The position numbers and the translations under genes are program-made. This document shows, one piece after another, positions 24,196 through 36,830 of a DNA stretch of 64,000 bases. The notes below the pieces were generated by a model. The model worked only from the letters and a program-made list of their open reading frames with translations, was not told the origin of the DNA and did no database searches. The stretch is from Thalia democratica (Eukaryota). The DNA lies in contig OZ241832.1 of assembly GCA_965202585.1 (NCBI GenBank), forward strand, positions 53,444,001-53,508,000, read 5' to 3'. Every line of letters starts with the position of its first letter. The first letter of the stretch is position 1.

Positions 24196-27100
24196 TCAAC
24201 TTGTTATTACCTGTCTTATTTTTATCGCATTGTAGTGAACTTTTAACAACACAGATCATAATTTTCAATTCTCATTTAATAAAACAACAGCTTTTAAAAA
24301 GAATTTTTTACAATGCATTGCTTTTTGATAAAGAAAATCTGAGCTAAGTTAAATGTATACAAATTAAGTTTATCTAAAGTTTTCAATTTTTTAGACACTA
24401 CAAGCGCTAAACAGTTTTTATACTTCAAAATTATGTATCAGATGGGAAAAACTATGTATATAAGATACTATAATCTAAGATAGCAGGGTCTTTTTAAGTC
24501 TAAACGAAAGCTCGTTTTTTTTTTTGTTGTAAAAATGTATACGTTTCTGCAGACTTTCCAAACACGTACAGAACTACGTGCCTACTAAAGACTAGCATAT
24601 TAAAAAATTTTTTTTACTTTGCCGTTATATAGTTAAGTTCTGTTATAGTTTTAAAAAACCAGTTTAGTTTAAGTTTAGAATAAAACAAAATTTTTAATTT
24701 AAGCAAGATATACTTTCATATTATAGAAACCAATACACCTATAACTAAATTTATTTGAAACGATTCAATTTTCAAAATTTTAAACCTAAATCAATAAAAA
24801 ATGCATGAAAATAAAGCGTGTTTAAAAAAACAATTAATATTCGTTTGCATTAACAAATTCACTTAATTGGAGAGTTAACTTTGGAGCTTCAGAACAAACA
24901 TTATCATCAACTTCATAAACTTCTGCAAAGTCAGTAAGATTGTCACTATCTAAACGTCCAAGTATACAAAAGCCTTTTCATTTAATATACTGCATCTAAG
25001 CTCAAACATGCTTGACTCATTGATCTAACATAACTGAACTGATTTGTTTCAACCTTTGAGTGATGAAAGCACTTCATGTCCCTTATAACCGCCAACGACG
25101 TAGATTTTTTGTTGTGAACTACAGAACTGTGACTACTTCGTTTTGTTTGGAATTTGACTTTTGCATTTGTCTTTTTGTTCTCACTTGGTTCATATTAAAA
25201 ATTCATTGTTTGAGTAACCTCCGGTTGTCCAAAAAAAAAAACTAAAACTATAATAAAGCCGTTATTAACTTACTAAAAACCTAAAAAAAAAACCTTCTTT
25301 TATAAAAAACAACTTGCACTTCGTTTTTAGTTTGTCTTTGATTTACATTTTGTACTTGCGTCATTCTATAATTCTCTTTAGAACTTTTTACAGTATTTCT
25401 GAGCTTTTTGTATTTCAATCTTTAATTTATCAAGGTCAATTGGAAGCTGTTTGTTAAATTATCTTAAAAATTGTTTTCATCTCAGTTTTTCTCATCTTTA
25501 TAACTAATGAATTAAGTATTTTGTTTTTGAAGCCTTTCATGTCTATGAGCACATTTTATACTTCTTTAAATTGCCCAAGGTTAAAAATTCAGCGGTAAGC
25601 TTGTATCAAGTTTGTTGATTTTATCATATTGTTTTATTCTTTATTAAGATGTTCAAACACTTAAAATATAATTTGCATAAATAAAACTAGACAACAAAGT
25701 TCTAAAGATTAAAAATATAACATCTATAAATTAACAATTAACTTTTAAGTTAACAATAATTAAACTATATAACTCGTTTTACGTTTATCAATAATTAAAA
25801 TTGTATTATAAAGTATTTGTAAGAATTCTTTGAATTAAAACTGGTTTAACATTACCAACCTTTAAAATTTGACGTTTTATCGCTGGAACAAGTACTTTCG
25901 ATTTCTACATTTAGGTGTTCAAGTACTTTGTAAGTTTTCTTATCATTATTCAACTTTCTCGCTTCTGCTAACAAAGTATAATTTTTCTGCAAAAACTTAC
26001 TTTTCTCTTGCCATTCCTTGCTATTTTTCCCAAAAACCTTTATAAATGTTTTAACAACTTTAACACTATTTTCATAATTTTCGCTTGTTTCTTTAGACCG
26101 ATGTTTTTTTTTGTCAAGTTTTATAATTGTTTTTAGCAAAGCTTTCCTTTTTTCAATTTCATAGTCAAAAATTCATCAAGAAAATCTTTTGTTTCATTTG
26201 AAAACAAATGTAGTTAAGCTGATCACAAATATCAGGGTAAATTTTTTCTACACCTTTATTGACTTTAATTTACATATTTAAGATTTTTGTTTAGTCATCA
26301 TTGCCCTTTCTATATAGCTTTTGTAGTACATGTGGTCACATCGAATGACTGATGCATCACTGTTTACTGGAAACAGCTTGTAAGCATTTATACTCTATTT
26401 TTAAAATTTATTTAGTTTAATACAAGTAAAAGTAGTTTCTGTCAAAGAAAAACATTGAGTAACATTTGAAAAAACTAGTACTTACACTTTTAACTTTATT
26501 AAGATTAAAACTAGATTTTTAACAGTACAAATAAAGAAAAATATCTTGTATACTAAAAATATGTTTTATTTTTATACCTGACATATATTTATACGTAGAT
26601 GTTTTATCTCATTATTATATTTAAAGTAAAATTAATTTTGGTATTTCAATGTTTCAAATATAACTTATTTACCAACAGGTAAAATCGATTATAATTATTT
26701 TTGTTCATCACGCTTGTTCACATATCTACAGAGGCAAATCACAAAGCTAAACAGCAGATAATCTAACAAAAATTTTGAAAGTTCTTCACAAAACACAGAC
26801 GCTTTTAACGCTAAGTCTTGAATATCGTGCATAACGAGTTTCAAATTGCCAAGGGAAAAGCTTTGATTAATGTGGTAAGTGCTGAATTAGAACAACAAAG
26901 TTGAACGCTTTTCAATAGTATTTTTGAAGATTGTGTTATGCAGTATCTGAGCTATATTTTGTTTTACTATAGTCCGATGGAAACTGCGAAGATACAGAAA
27001 GCTTTTGCAAAACCACTACTGCTTGCAAATCAAAGGAATTTTTTTAAAACCATGCCATTTGGTAAATTTTTATCGTTTTATTTATAAAGTATTTTATGAT

Positions 27101-28989
27101 TTTAATTTAAATAATTTTTCTTTTAAATAATGCCATCTGATAAATGTTGTTAAAAGAATTTGTTTTATTATCTAAAATAATTTAGGTCATTCTTTAAGTT
27201 TACTTTAAGTTTCTACATCGAAGCAAAATAATTATTCTGCCTACAGTTATAAAGCAATGAAAAAAGCATTTAGATGCAGTAAACAAGTTGAAAAATTAAG
27301 ATGCAACTCTTTAATTTGGGAGAAGAAAGGTACTATTTTTAAGGTATGTAAATGGTTAAAGTTGTTTATTTTTGTTTTTTTTTATAATCAATATTCCTTT
27401 AATGAGCTATGAATACAAATATTTCATTTTGAAAAATCATTATATAAATATAGGTATTGAAAACAAGGTATATCTACTATTCTACTAGCTGCGCTATTTG
27501 TAAATTTCGTCATGCAAACTTAAAAAGGTAACTATAAGTCACAAATAAATAGTTAAACAACTGTTTTTACTTGTGCAAATAAATGTATTTACGAGAACTT
27601 GGTGCCATTTTTCCAGTTCATCAAAAAAGACTTTGTGAATGATGATGCGTGAAAAATGGAAAAAAAAGGCAGTATGGTTGACAGGTGGAAAAAATGTTGC
27701 AAGGTATTTAGTTGGATGAAAACTTTTACTTATGTTTTTATGAAATCTTCGCAAAAACAGCAGCCTTTAGTCTTTTGGGAACTTACTAAGATCAAATAAT
27801 AACCTTCATGTGCAATTAAGTTCTGAAAAATTTTTTAAATCGTTGCAAAAAGTATCAAAAACCTATAAAAGTTCTTAAAGTTGTAGTCATATAACTCATA
27901 TGTTAAAAACATTGTAAGGAAATTACCATCCACCTGTCCTTTTGAGAAGCTCATATTCTTTCGAGTATTTGCCGTCGTATTTAAAATGAGATTTTCCAGC
28001 CTTGAAAAAAATGTTACACAAGTACTTAATTAAATTATATGAAGTTTCCGCACAAATGGATACTTTTCCCGAAAGAAAAGCAAATTCTCTCGAATCAATT
28101 CTGTATAAAAACACGAGTTTTGCCTATTGCAACGCGCTTCCCATAATTCAAAGGGCTAAGTAGCCAGTATCGTGTCTTTATTACGAAGTTTTATTTATTA
28201 CGTCATCGTTCGTCGCCTTTTCATTGTTTCAGTCGAAGCACAACTCTTGCTCTTAAATTCACTTACAAATTGAAATATTTCGTTAAGAACTATAAAAAAG
28301 AGTTAGTTATTTTATTTTTTTTATATGCTACAGAAACTAAAATAAAAGCCAAAATATACAGTATTTTCTATAGACTTTAGTACCGACTTAATGAACCCAA
28401 ACTAAAAAAATCATTATAGCTGTATCATTTAGCTATTAAATTCGATAAAAAACACTTGAGGAACAAAGAACAAAGATAGTGTTCTGTATTGAAATTTTTA
28501 AGTCAACAAATTTTTATTAAACTTACATTTATTTGAAATTGTTTTCGTATTTACTAAACTGTTTGTCAACTTTTATAGATATTGCTTTGTAGGATTACAG
28601 TAAGCTATTTTAACTTTATTAAAATATAATTTTTATTATTAACAATATAATACCTATATTTTACATGTTTGCTTAATGAAAGTGCTTTTGAACGATTTCT
28701 GTCTCTTTAAACTCTTTTGTTTAAACTCTGAGATGTCTTTTCAGACTTAAACTTATAGTTTTAACCGTGATTAAAACTTTTTATGTAAATATTTTGAATA
28801 GTGAACTATATTTTTTTAGGTCCTATTATATTTTTTTCTACAATTATTTATTTTGTAAAAAAAAGTCTGTTGTTCCACCTATAATCTTACAAGTAAGTTC
28901 TACAACTTTTAATAACTTCATATTTCATTAATAAGTTTTATTTTATAATTTTTAAACTCTAATAAGTTTGTGTTTTAAGACTATAAATA

Positions 28990-29190
28990 TTATAGAATAT
29001 GGAAGTAAAATGTTGTTTTTTGTAATCTAGTTTAATTGTTTATACATAATACATATTTTTAAACTAATTATAACATAAGTTCCTCAAGTTTATTAAGAAG
29101 TTTGTAGGTAAATCTATGCACAAAGCATTTTTCAAGTTTTTATTATTTTTATCCTCACATATAGTGTTTAAGTCCTTTAAAATATGTTTT
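28990..29190 (+). repeat. Dispersed repeat, second copy at ~35440-35615
   Basis: Shared colinear blocks ATGGAAGTAAAATGTT, AAGTTTGTAGGT, TATGCA.AA.GC and TTTTTATCCT.ACA.A.TRTGTTTAAGT. Confidence 0.55.
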
Positions 29191-29397
29191 AATCCTTATA
29201 TTACTATAATTAAATAGACATCTGTACTTATTTAGTAGTACTTTTTTCTGTTATAGCTTAATTTAGGCTAGTTTTTTGTCAATCAAACTTAAATTTTAAA
29301 ATGCTGGCCTTGCTGAAATAAATTAGATTATTTAGTATCAACTTGGTAAAATTGTTATTTAACACTGTTTAGCTCACGAGCGTGAACTTAGCTTGAG

Positions 29398-30857
29398 AGC
29401 ATTTTTAGGAATTTTATAAAAAGTCCAAACTTAAGACCCAATTATTTTCCTTATCTTAATAGCTAATTAAAACTTTTTCCAGAGAACGGTTCTTTGTATT
29501 GAATTTTAAAAAAACCATTGAATTGGGGTTTGACTTTTTGAGTGGGCCCAGTTAAATTTTGTGTTTTTTCTATTTTTTTATTTATACAACCTTTTCTTTA
29601 ATAATAATTTTTTTTTCTTATTTTTTTTTTCTAACATACGTATTTAAATGAGTTTAATGATGTTGTAAATTTTTTTAATTTATTTTTTCAATTTTTTTTT
29701 ATACCATAAGACTGAATAAACTTTTCAGAAAAATTCAGTTTTGTATGATTTTTGTTTTTCAGATAATACAACCTTTTATGAAAAAATAAAATATAAGTGA
29801 TATTTTTTCCCAGTTTATTGTTGCTTTTAAAATATATGCCCCATACAAGTTTTACCTAAACTCTTAGCAATGCTATTTGAGGGATTTCTTGAGGGCTCAA
29901 GTGCTAAAAGTCTAGGTAAAACTTGTATAGGTCATATATTTTAAAGGAAATAATAAACTGGGAAAAAATATCACAACATCATAAAACCTAACTATACAAA
30001 TCTGTTAAAAATAAAAGTTATTAAGAAAATATTTTATTTTTGCATAAAAGGTTGTATACCTGAAAAACGAAAGTCATGCAAAACTGTAATTTTTCTTAAA
30101 AGTTTATTCAGCAGGGTTGCCACTTTACCTGGAAACCTGGAAAAACCTTAAAAAACCTGGAATTCGACAATTTAGGCAAAAATAACCTTGAAAAACCTGG
30201 AATTTGAGAAATTTTGAAAAAAAAATATGGAAAAACCTGGAAATTTGATCATAAAACCTGGAACTTACAATAATTTTAACATTATCATTAGTAAATTTCG
30301 ATTTGACACAAAAAATCTATCATATTAATAAGATTTTTTTGTCATTATCAAAAAAAATTTTTATTATAAAACACAATTAAAGTAACTTCACACTATCTTT
30401 TCAATGTTTCTATACTACTTAATGCAGTTTCTTATATAGAAATTAATCTAAAACCAAAAATAAATCCTAAAATGTGTACTTTTAAAAACCTGGAAAAAAA
30501 ATTGAAAAAACGACTGGCAACCCTGATTCAGGCTAATAGTATAAAAAAAAAATGAAACAAATGAATTTAAAAAAACTTTACAACATCATTAAACCCATTT
30601 TAATACATGTGTTTAAAAAAATATTAAAAAAAAAATATTTTTGGAGAAAAGGTTGTACAAATAAAAAAATAAAAAAACACAAAATTTTGAAATGGGCCCC
30701 ACTCTAAAATTCAAACCCCAATTCAATGGATTTTTTTTAATTAAAGACAAAGGACTGTTCTCTAGGATAAAAAGAAAAGCTTTCAATTAGCTATTAAGAT
30801 AATGAAAATAATTGGGTCTTAAGGTTGGACATTTTTATAAAATTCCTAAAAAACGCT
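29398..30857. mobile_element. Foldback (near-whole-length palindromic) element, ~1040 bp without the nested MITE
   Basis: 29398-29869 is the reverse complement of 29902-30111 plus 30526-30857 (e.g. CTTAAGACCCAATTATTTTC vs GAAAATAATTGGGTCTTAAG; GTTTTACCTAAACTCTTAGCA vs TGCTAAAAGTCTAGGTAAAAC). Loop of ~31 nt centred near 29885. Confidence 0.85.
30112..30525 (+). mobile_element. 414-bp hAT-like MITE with a 6-bp TSD, inserted in the foldback arm
   Basis: TIRs CAGGGTTGCCA / TGGCAACCCTG. ATTCAG at 30106-30111 and 30526-30531. Many AACCTGG subterminal repeats. Confidence 0.88.
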
Positions 30858-30927
30858 AGTGTTTAGTTCTACAAAATAAATTCATGGCAGGTAAAATTGC
30901 TAAACAGGACCTAAAAATTACAAATTT

Positions 30928-33900
30928 TTAGAAGATTAAGACTAGTAAGCAGAATTGTTATTTATACTGACTGACTTAAGCGAGTAAAATAATTTTTGTA
31001 AAGACAGTAAATCTAGATTATTTGTATTTTTTTTATGAAATAGACCTTTCATTAAACTTCAATTGTTATCATATCCCTACTTCTCCTCACTCACAGTTTA
31101 ACAATAAGGTTATGAATGAGGGTATAAGTCTAAAATTTATATTAGGTTCAATAGAACTATGGACACTTTATTCAATTAATGTGCTTTATGTGCATTATTA
31201 GCTCTCAAAAATTATTTTGCTCACTAAGAATTGGTAGGTAAAATTACTTCTTGTATAAGTATTGTTTAGTTCTACAATAATCACTCTTACTCAGACAAAG
31301 CGAGTAACAGGTTGTACAGTGAGTAGCATGTTTAATTTAGTAATCAGAACTGTCATACATACTATCTAACTTGAGCTAGTGAAAATAATAAAATAATCAT
31401 GTAAAAGTTGAATATTTTTACAAAACTTCCAAAATAATTCTAGGTCAAAATTTTTAAATTGAGAACATGTATACTTTTGCTTAAGTTTAACAACTAGTTT
31501 TCCTAACATTAGCTAAGTACTCATATTTATCTTATAAAAATTCTGTTTTTTTTTTTTGTAATCTGTGTAAGTTTAATTATCTTGATATCTAAATGTGTTC
31601 ATCCATAGGTAGCTCAAAAATTTGTTAGGTATAAAAAAAATAGGGTGTTAGGATATTTTAAAGAGGTACCCAAAAATGTTGCTTAGTTTATATTTAGTTC
31701 AATTTCAAAAACTCAAGACAATAAAGCTTTTTTGAAAGTTTACTCAAGACTGCCACACACTCAGAATAATTTAAATTTCATTCCTAAACTCATCGTGACT
31801 AAAATTAGCTTTATTATTTTATGAAAAATTTAGGATATTTTTTGATTGTTTTACTAATGTCAGGACATATTTTTTATATATTTTCAAAGATATTTATTTT
31901 ATTTGGTTTTGATAAACTTTTTATATTTTATACAAATTTTATATAACTTTTAACCAAAATTATAACTATTATTTTTTTACGACTTTGTTGAAAATGTTTT
32001 ATTTTATATATTTTAAAAAGTAAAAAAAAAAATAAAGGTTTAAAAAACTCAGGACTGTTTTTTTTTTTTTTTGAGGCAAAGATTATAAATTTTTATAACT
32101 TGTTTACTAATTTTAAGGTTATCTAAAAACTTTAGTAAACTCAGGCCAAACCAGGATAGTTTAATACAGGGTTGCGACTCTTTTAGACTACTATAATTTT
32201 TTTTTTTGTAAAATTCTGACTAGTTTGGATGTAATTGCTGAATCTTAGGCTCTATTTTAAAATTTTAAATGATATTATTCCTTTAGAAATTGTGCTTTAT
32301 TAACTCATTTTTTGTATAAATACTTAATAATGCCAAAATAATAAAGTATTTATACAAAAAATAATCATTTTTTGGTCATATTGAAAATTCAGCGTTGCAA
32401 CTTTACCTGGAATCCTGTAAAAACCTAGAGTTTGACAACTTAAGCAAAAAGAACTGGAAAAACCTGGATTATGGGATTTTGAAAAAGTCCTGAAAAAACC
32501 TGGAACTTCAAATAAAAATCACTTAAAAAACCTGGAATTTTAAGGATTTTCACATGTTCAGTAGTGAAACTTCAAATTGTCTCAAAAAATCTATCATATA
32601 AATAAAAACACTTTGTAATTATCAAAAAATTTATTTCATTAAAAAATATATTTGAAATAGCTTTACAGTATCTTTTTAATGTTATTATGCTATTTAACAC
32701 AGTTTCTTACCATAAACTTACTTTAAACTAAAAATAGGCCTAAAAATGTGTACTTCTAAAAACCTGGAAGAAATTTGGAAAACCTGCAAAATTTTTGAAA
32801 CCCTTAGATTCACTTTTTTCTTTTACAAAGACTAGCTTAGTGTAATTTAAGCTAGTTTTTAGTCACTAATGCTGGCTTTTTGCCTTTAAAAGTAGAAACT
32901 CTGTTAGAATAACTTTGCTCATTCATTACTTCTTGGGTTAGAAGATTAAGACTAGTAAGCAGAATTGTTATTTATACTGACTGACTTAAGCGAGTAAAAT
33001 AATTTTTGTAAAGACAGTAAATCTAGATTATTTGTATTTGTTTTTATGAAATAAACCTTTTATTAAACTTCAATTGTTATCATATCCCTACTTCTCCTCA
33101 CTCACAGTTTAGCAATAAGGTTATGAATGAAGGTATAAGTCTAAAATTTATATTAGGTTCAATAGAACTATGGACATTTTATTCAATTAATGTGCTTTAT
33201 GTGCATTATTAGCTCTCAAAAATTATTTTGCTCACTAAGAATTAGGTAGGTAAAATTACTTCTTGTATAAGTATTGTTTAGTTCTACAATAATCACTCTT
33301 ACTCAGACAAAGCTGGTAACAGGATCTACAGTGAGTAGCATGTTTAATTTAGTAATCAGAACTGTCATACATACTATCTAACTTGAGCTAGTGAAAATAA
33401 TAAAATAATCATGTAAAAGTTGAATATTTTTACAAAACTTCCAAAATAATTCTAGGTCAAAATTTTTAAATTGAGAACATGTATACTTTTGCTTAAGTTT
33501 AACAACTAGTTTTCCTAACATTAGCTAAGTACTCATATTTATCTTATAAAAATTCTGTTTTTTTTTTTTGTAATCTGTGTAAGTTTAATTATCTTGATAT
33601 CTAAATGTGTTCATCCATAGGTAGCTCAAAAATTTGTTAGGTATAAAAAAAATAGGGTGTTAGGATATTTTAAAGAGGTACCCAAAAATGTTGCTTAGTT
33701 TATATTTAGTTTAATTTCAAAAACTCAAGACAATTAAGCTTTTTTGAAAGTTTACTCAAGACTGCCACACACTCAGAATAATTTAAATTTCATTCCTAAA
33801 CTCATCGTGACTAAAATTAGCTTTATTATTTTATGAAAAATTTAGGATATTTTTTGATTGTTTTACTAATGTCAGGACATATTTTTTATATATTTTCAAA

Positions 33901-34950
33901 GATATTTATTTTATTTGGTTTTGATAAACTTTTTATATTTTATACAAATTTTATATAACTTTTAACCAAAATTATAACTATTATTTTTTTACGACTTTGT
34001 TGAAAATGTTTTATTTTATATATTTTAAAAAGTAAAAAAAAAAATAAAGGTTTAAAAAACTCAGGACTGTTTTTTTTTTTTTTTGAGGCAAAGATTATAA
34101 ATTTTTATAACTTGTTTACTAATTTTAAGGTTATCTAAAAACTTTAGTAAACTCAGGCCAAACCAGGATAGTTTAATACAGGGTTGCGACTCTTTTAGAC
34201 TACTATAATTTTTTTTTTTGTAAAATTCTGACTAGTTTGGATGTAATTGCTGAATCTTAGGCTCTATTTTAAAATTTTAAATGATATTATTCCTTTAGAA
34301 ATTGTGCTTTATTAACTCATTTTTTGTATAAATACTTAATAATGCCAAAATAATAAAGTATTTATACAAAAAATAATCATTTTTTGGTCATATTGAAAAT
34401 TCAGCGTTGCAACTTTACCTGGAATCCTGTAAAAACCTAGAGTTTGACAACTTAAGCAAAAAGAACTGGAAAAACCTGGATTATGGGATTTTGAAAAAGT
34501 CCTGAAAAAACCTGGAACTTCAAATAAAAATCACTTAAAAAACCTGGAATTTTAAGGATTTTCACATGTTCAGTAGTGAAACTTCAAATTGTCTCAAAAA
34601 ATCTATCATATAAATAAAAACACTTTGTAATTATCAAAAAATTTATTTCATTAAAAAATATATTTGAAATAGCTTTACAGTATCTTTTTAATGTTATTAT
34701 GCTATTTAACACAGTTTCTTACCATAAACTTACTTTAAACTAAAAATAGGCCTAAAAATGTGTACTTCTAAAAACCTGGAAGAAATTTGGAAAACCTGCA
34801 AAATTTTTGAAACCCTTAGATTCACTTTTTTCTTTTACAAAGACTAGCTTAGTGTAATTTAAGCTAGTTTTTAGTCACTAATACTGGCTTTTTGCCTTTA
34901 AAAGTAGAAACTCTGTTAGAATAACTTTGCTCATTCATTACTTCTTGGGT
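30928..34950 (+). repeat. Tandem duplication of a ~2.01-kb unit (30928-32937 and 32938-34950)
   Basis: Near-identical text at offset 2010, rising to 2012 after two 1-bp indels. Each unit contains a decayed copy of the 30112 MITE family (starting ~32391 and ~34403). Confidence 0.95.
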
Positions 34951-35894
34951 AAGAAAACTTCTTATCTGAGTACAGTTTGGTTCTACTATATATTTTTTTC
35001 CCTATAAAACAAAATAAGACTTATAGTTTATTATTGAAAAGGCTTAATAAAGTTAAGCTTAATAAGCAGGATTGCCAAACACATGAGCTAACTTAAGCTA
35101 ATCAAAATACTAATTAAAATTAATTAAAAAACTAAAGTCGGGCTAGATTAAACTTTACATAGGTTTTCGTTTATGAAAGAACTTAATAGGCTAATTAAAA
35201 TTTAAAAACTAGTTTGTTGTATTAAAAACTAATTTACTTTTTTATTTAAATACAGTTAATTTTCTAAATTTTATTTCATTTAAGGCAAAGCTAGTAACAT
35301 GACTTATGATCAACATATAAAAAAAAATGCTATCGTGTTAACGGTCACCACCTGCCCCATCTAACTTGCAACTTTTCAGAGTTAAAAATTGTGAAAAATT
35401 TATGTTTTGACTTTATAGAAATTTGTCTAATAAACAATATTTAAAACATGGAAGTAAAATGTTATTTTTTATAAATTTGTTCAATGGATTTTTATTTCAT
35501 ACATTTTTTCAAAAAAGAAAATTATATGTACTGTTTAAGATGTATCAATAAGTTTGTAGGTTAACTTATGCATAAGGCTTTTTTTATCCTTACAGACTAT
35601 GTTTAAGTTTTTAGAATTATATGTAAATTCTTGTAATATAGTTTTGATAATTTTAAGTTTATATAAATATGAATTTATTATACTTAGTTGATATATTTAT
35701 TCTTTCAAAAATTTATTTTGCAAACTAAGTTTCGGTCAAAGACCTCGTCAGTGCTTAAATAAATCTTATTCAAATAGAACCTATTTGAATCTTTTACTTA
35801 CTTAGTTTCTATCTTTAACCTTTTTATATAGTTTTTTAAATTAAAAAATATAAAGCTTTAAAACCTTTCAGATTTTTAATTTTAACTAAATCAG

Positions 35895-36410
35895 GCAAAT
35901 TTTGTTGAAGCTTCGATGTCTAATAACGAAAATTCAGAAGAAGTAGCTGACAGTTTCTTACAGTTCGCCAAGCATCAATCTACTTGCATGTATGAGAAAG
36001 TAAAGGTAAAATCTGCTAAGGTCGCCGCCAAAGTACTACAGGGCGACCTTAGCATTTACCAGATTCTTAAAGACTTAAATGATATAAAGCTATATGATGA
36101 TGACGAACTTCAAGCTACAGTAGAAGGTTTAGTACACTTTGTAGACGGGGTGAAAGGTTTCGCTTCGACCACCGTAAAGCAAGCATCGAAATTCACTGAA
36201 GCAGTAAAAGAATCCTTCCAAAGCGCTTTGTCGTCTGAAGCGTTTAAAAACGTCAAGGATTTTTCTTTAAGTGCTTTTGAAGATGACAAGAAGATCGTAG
36301 AAGTTTTCGTCCAAAACACCGTGAATCAAGCTACTAATAGCTACAAAATGATGAGCGGTTTTGCCAAGTCCCTCATGGACAAATTCAAACAGAAGGTACA
36401 AACCCAATAA
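35895..36410 (+). CDS. Uncharacterised helical protein (164 aa from ATG 35916), amphipathic, apolipoprotein/perilipin/LEA-like composition
   Basis: Open frame with coding-like GC against very AT-rich flanks, rich in K/E/D/A/S/F/V, with no Pro or Trp. An AG acceptor at 35893-35894 extends the frame by 7 codons (ANFVEAS). Confidence 0.7.
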   Translation, partial: ANFVEASMSNNENSEEVADSFLQFAKHQSTCMYEKVKVKSAKVAAKVLQGDLSIYQILKDLNDIKLYDDDELQATVEGLVHFVDGVKGFASTTVKQASKFTEAVKESFQSALSSEAFKNVKDFSLSAFEDDKKIVEVFVQNTVNQATNSYKMMSGFAKSLMDKFKQKVQTQ

Positions 36411-36662
36411 CAATCCAGCTCGTCTGTTTTATTAAAACATAGGATAATTAAAAAATGTTTCATGATGTTTTTTTATTCGCTAATCGTTGTTATCTTATAT
36501 TAAACTGAGTGAGACTATGAATCTAGTTGAATTTTTTTTTTTGTAATTTTTAAACTAACTTCATTGTTAGACTAATAGGTTTTAAATAAGTAGAAATACT
36601 ATGCGTACTTTTAAGCGTTAATAAGGTTTGTAGTAGATTAAAGTAATCCAAAGGATGAAGAA

Positions 36663-36830
36663 CATGGTTTCCCAAACTTTTTTTCTAGTACCCCTTTCCC
36701 GAAGTTAAAAAAAACAATGGCCCCATCCAAAAGTTTCATAAAAACTTCCCTGAGATTTTTTTGCTCTTTATCATCAACTCCGGAATATCTAGTGTATCCT
36801 TTAAATTATGCCCCTCCTTACATTCTAAAA
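36663..36830 (-). mobile_element. Reverse-oriented partial copy of the Buster MITE family
   Basis: CATGGTTTCCCAAACTTTTTTTCTAG matches the reverse complement of the 10145 end. The minus strand has CACTAGATA.....GGAGTTGATGATRAAGAGCAAAA, also present at 3212-3250. Confidence 0.6.
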
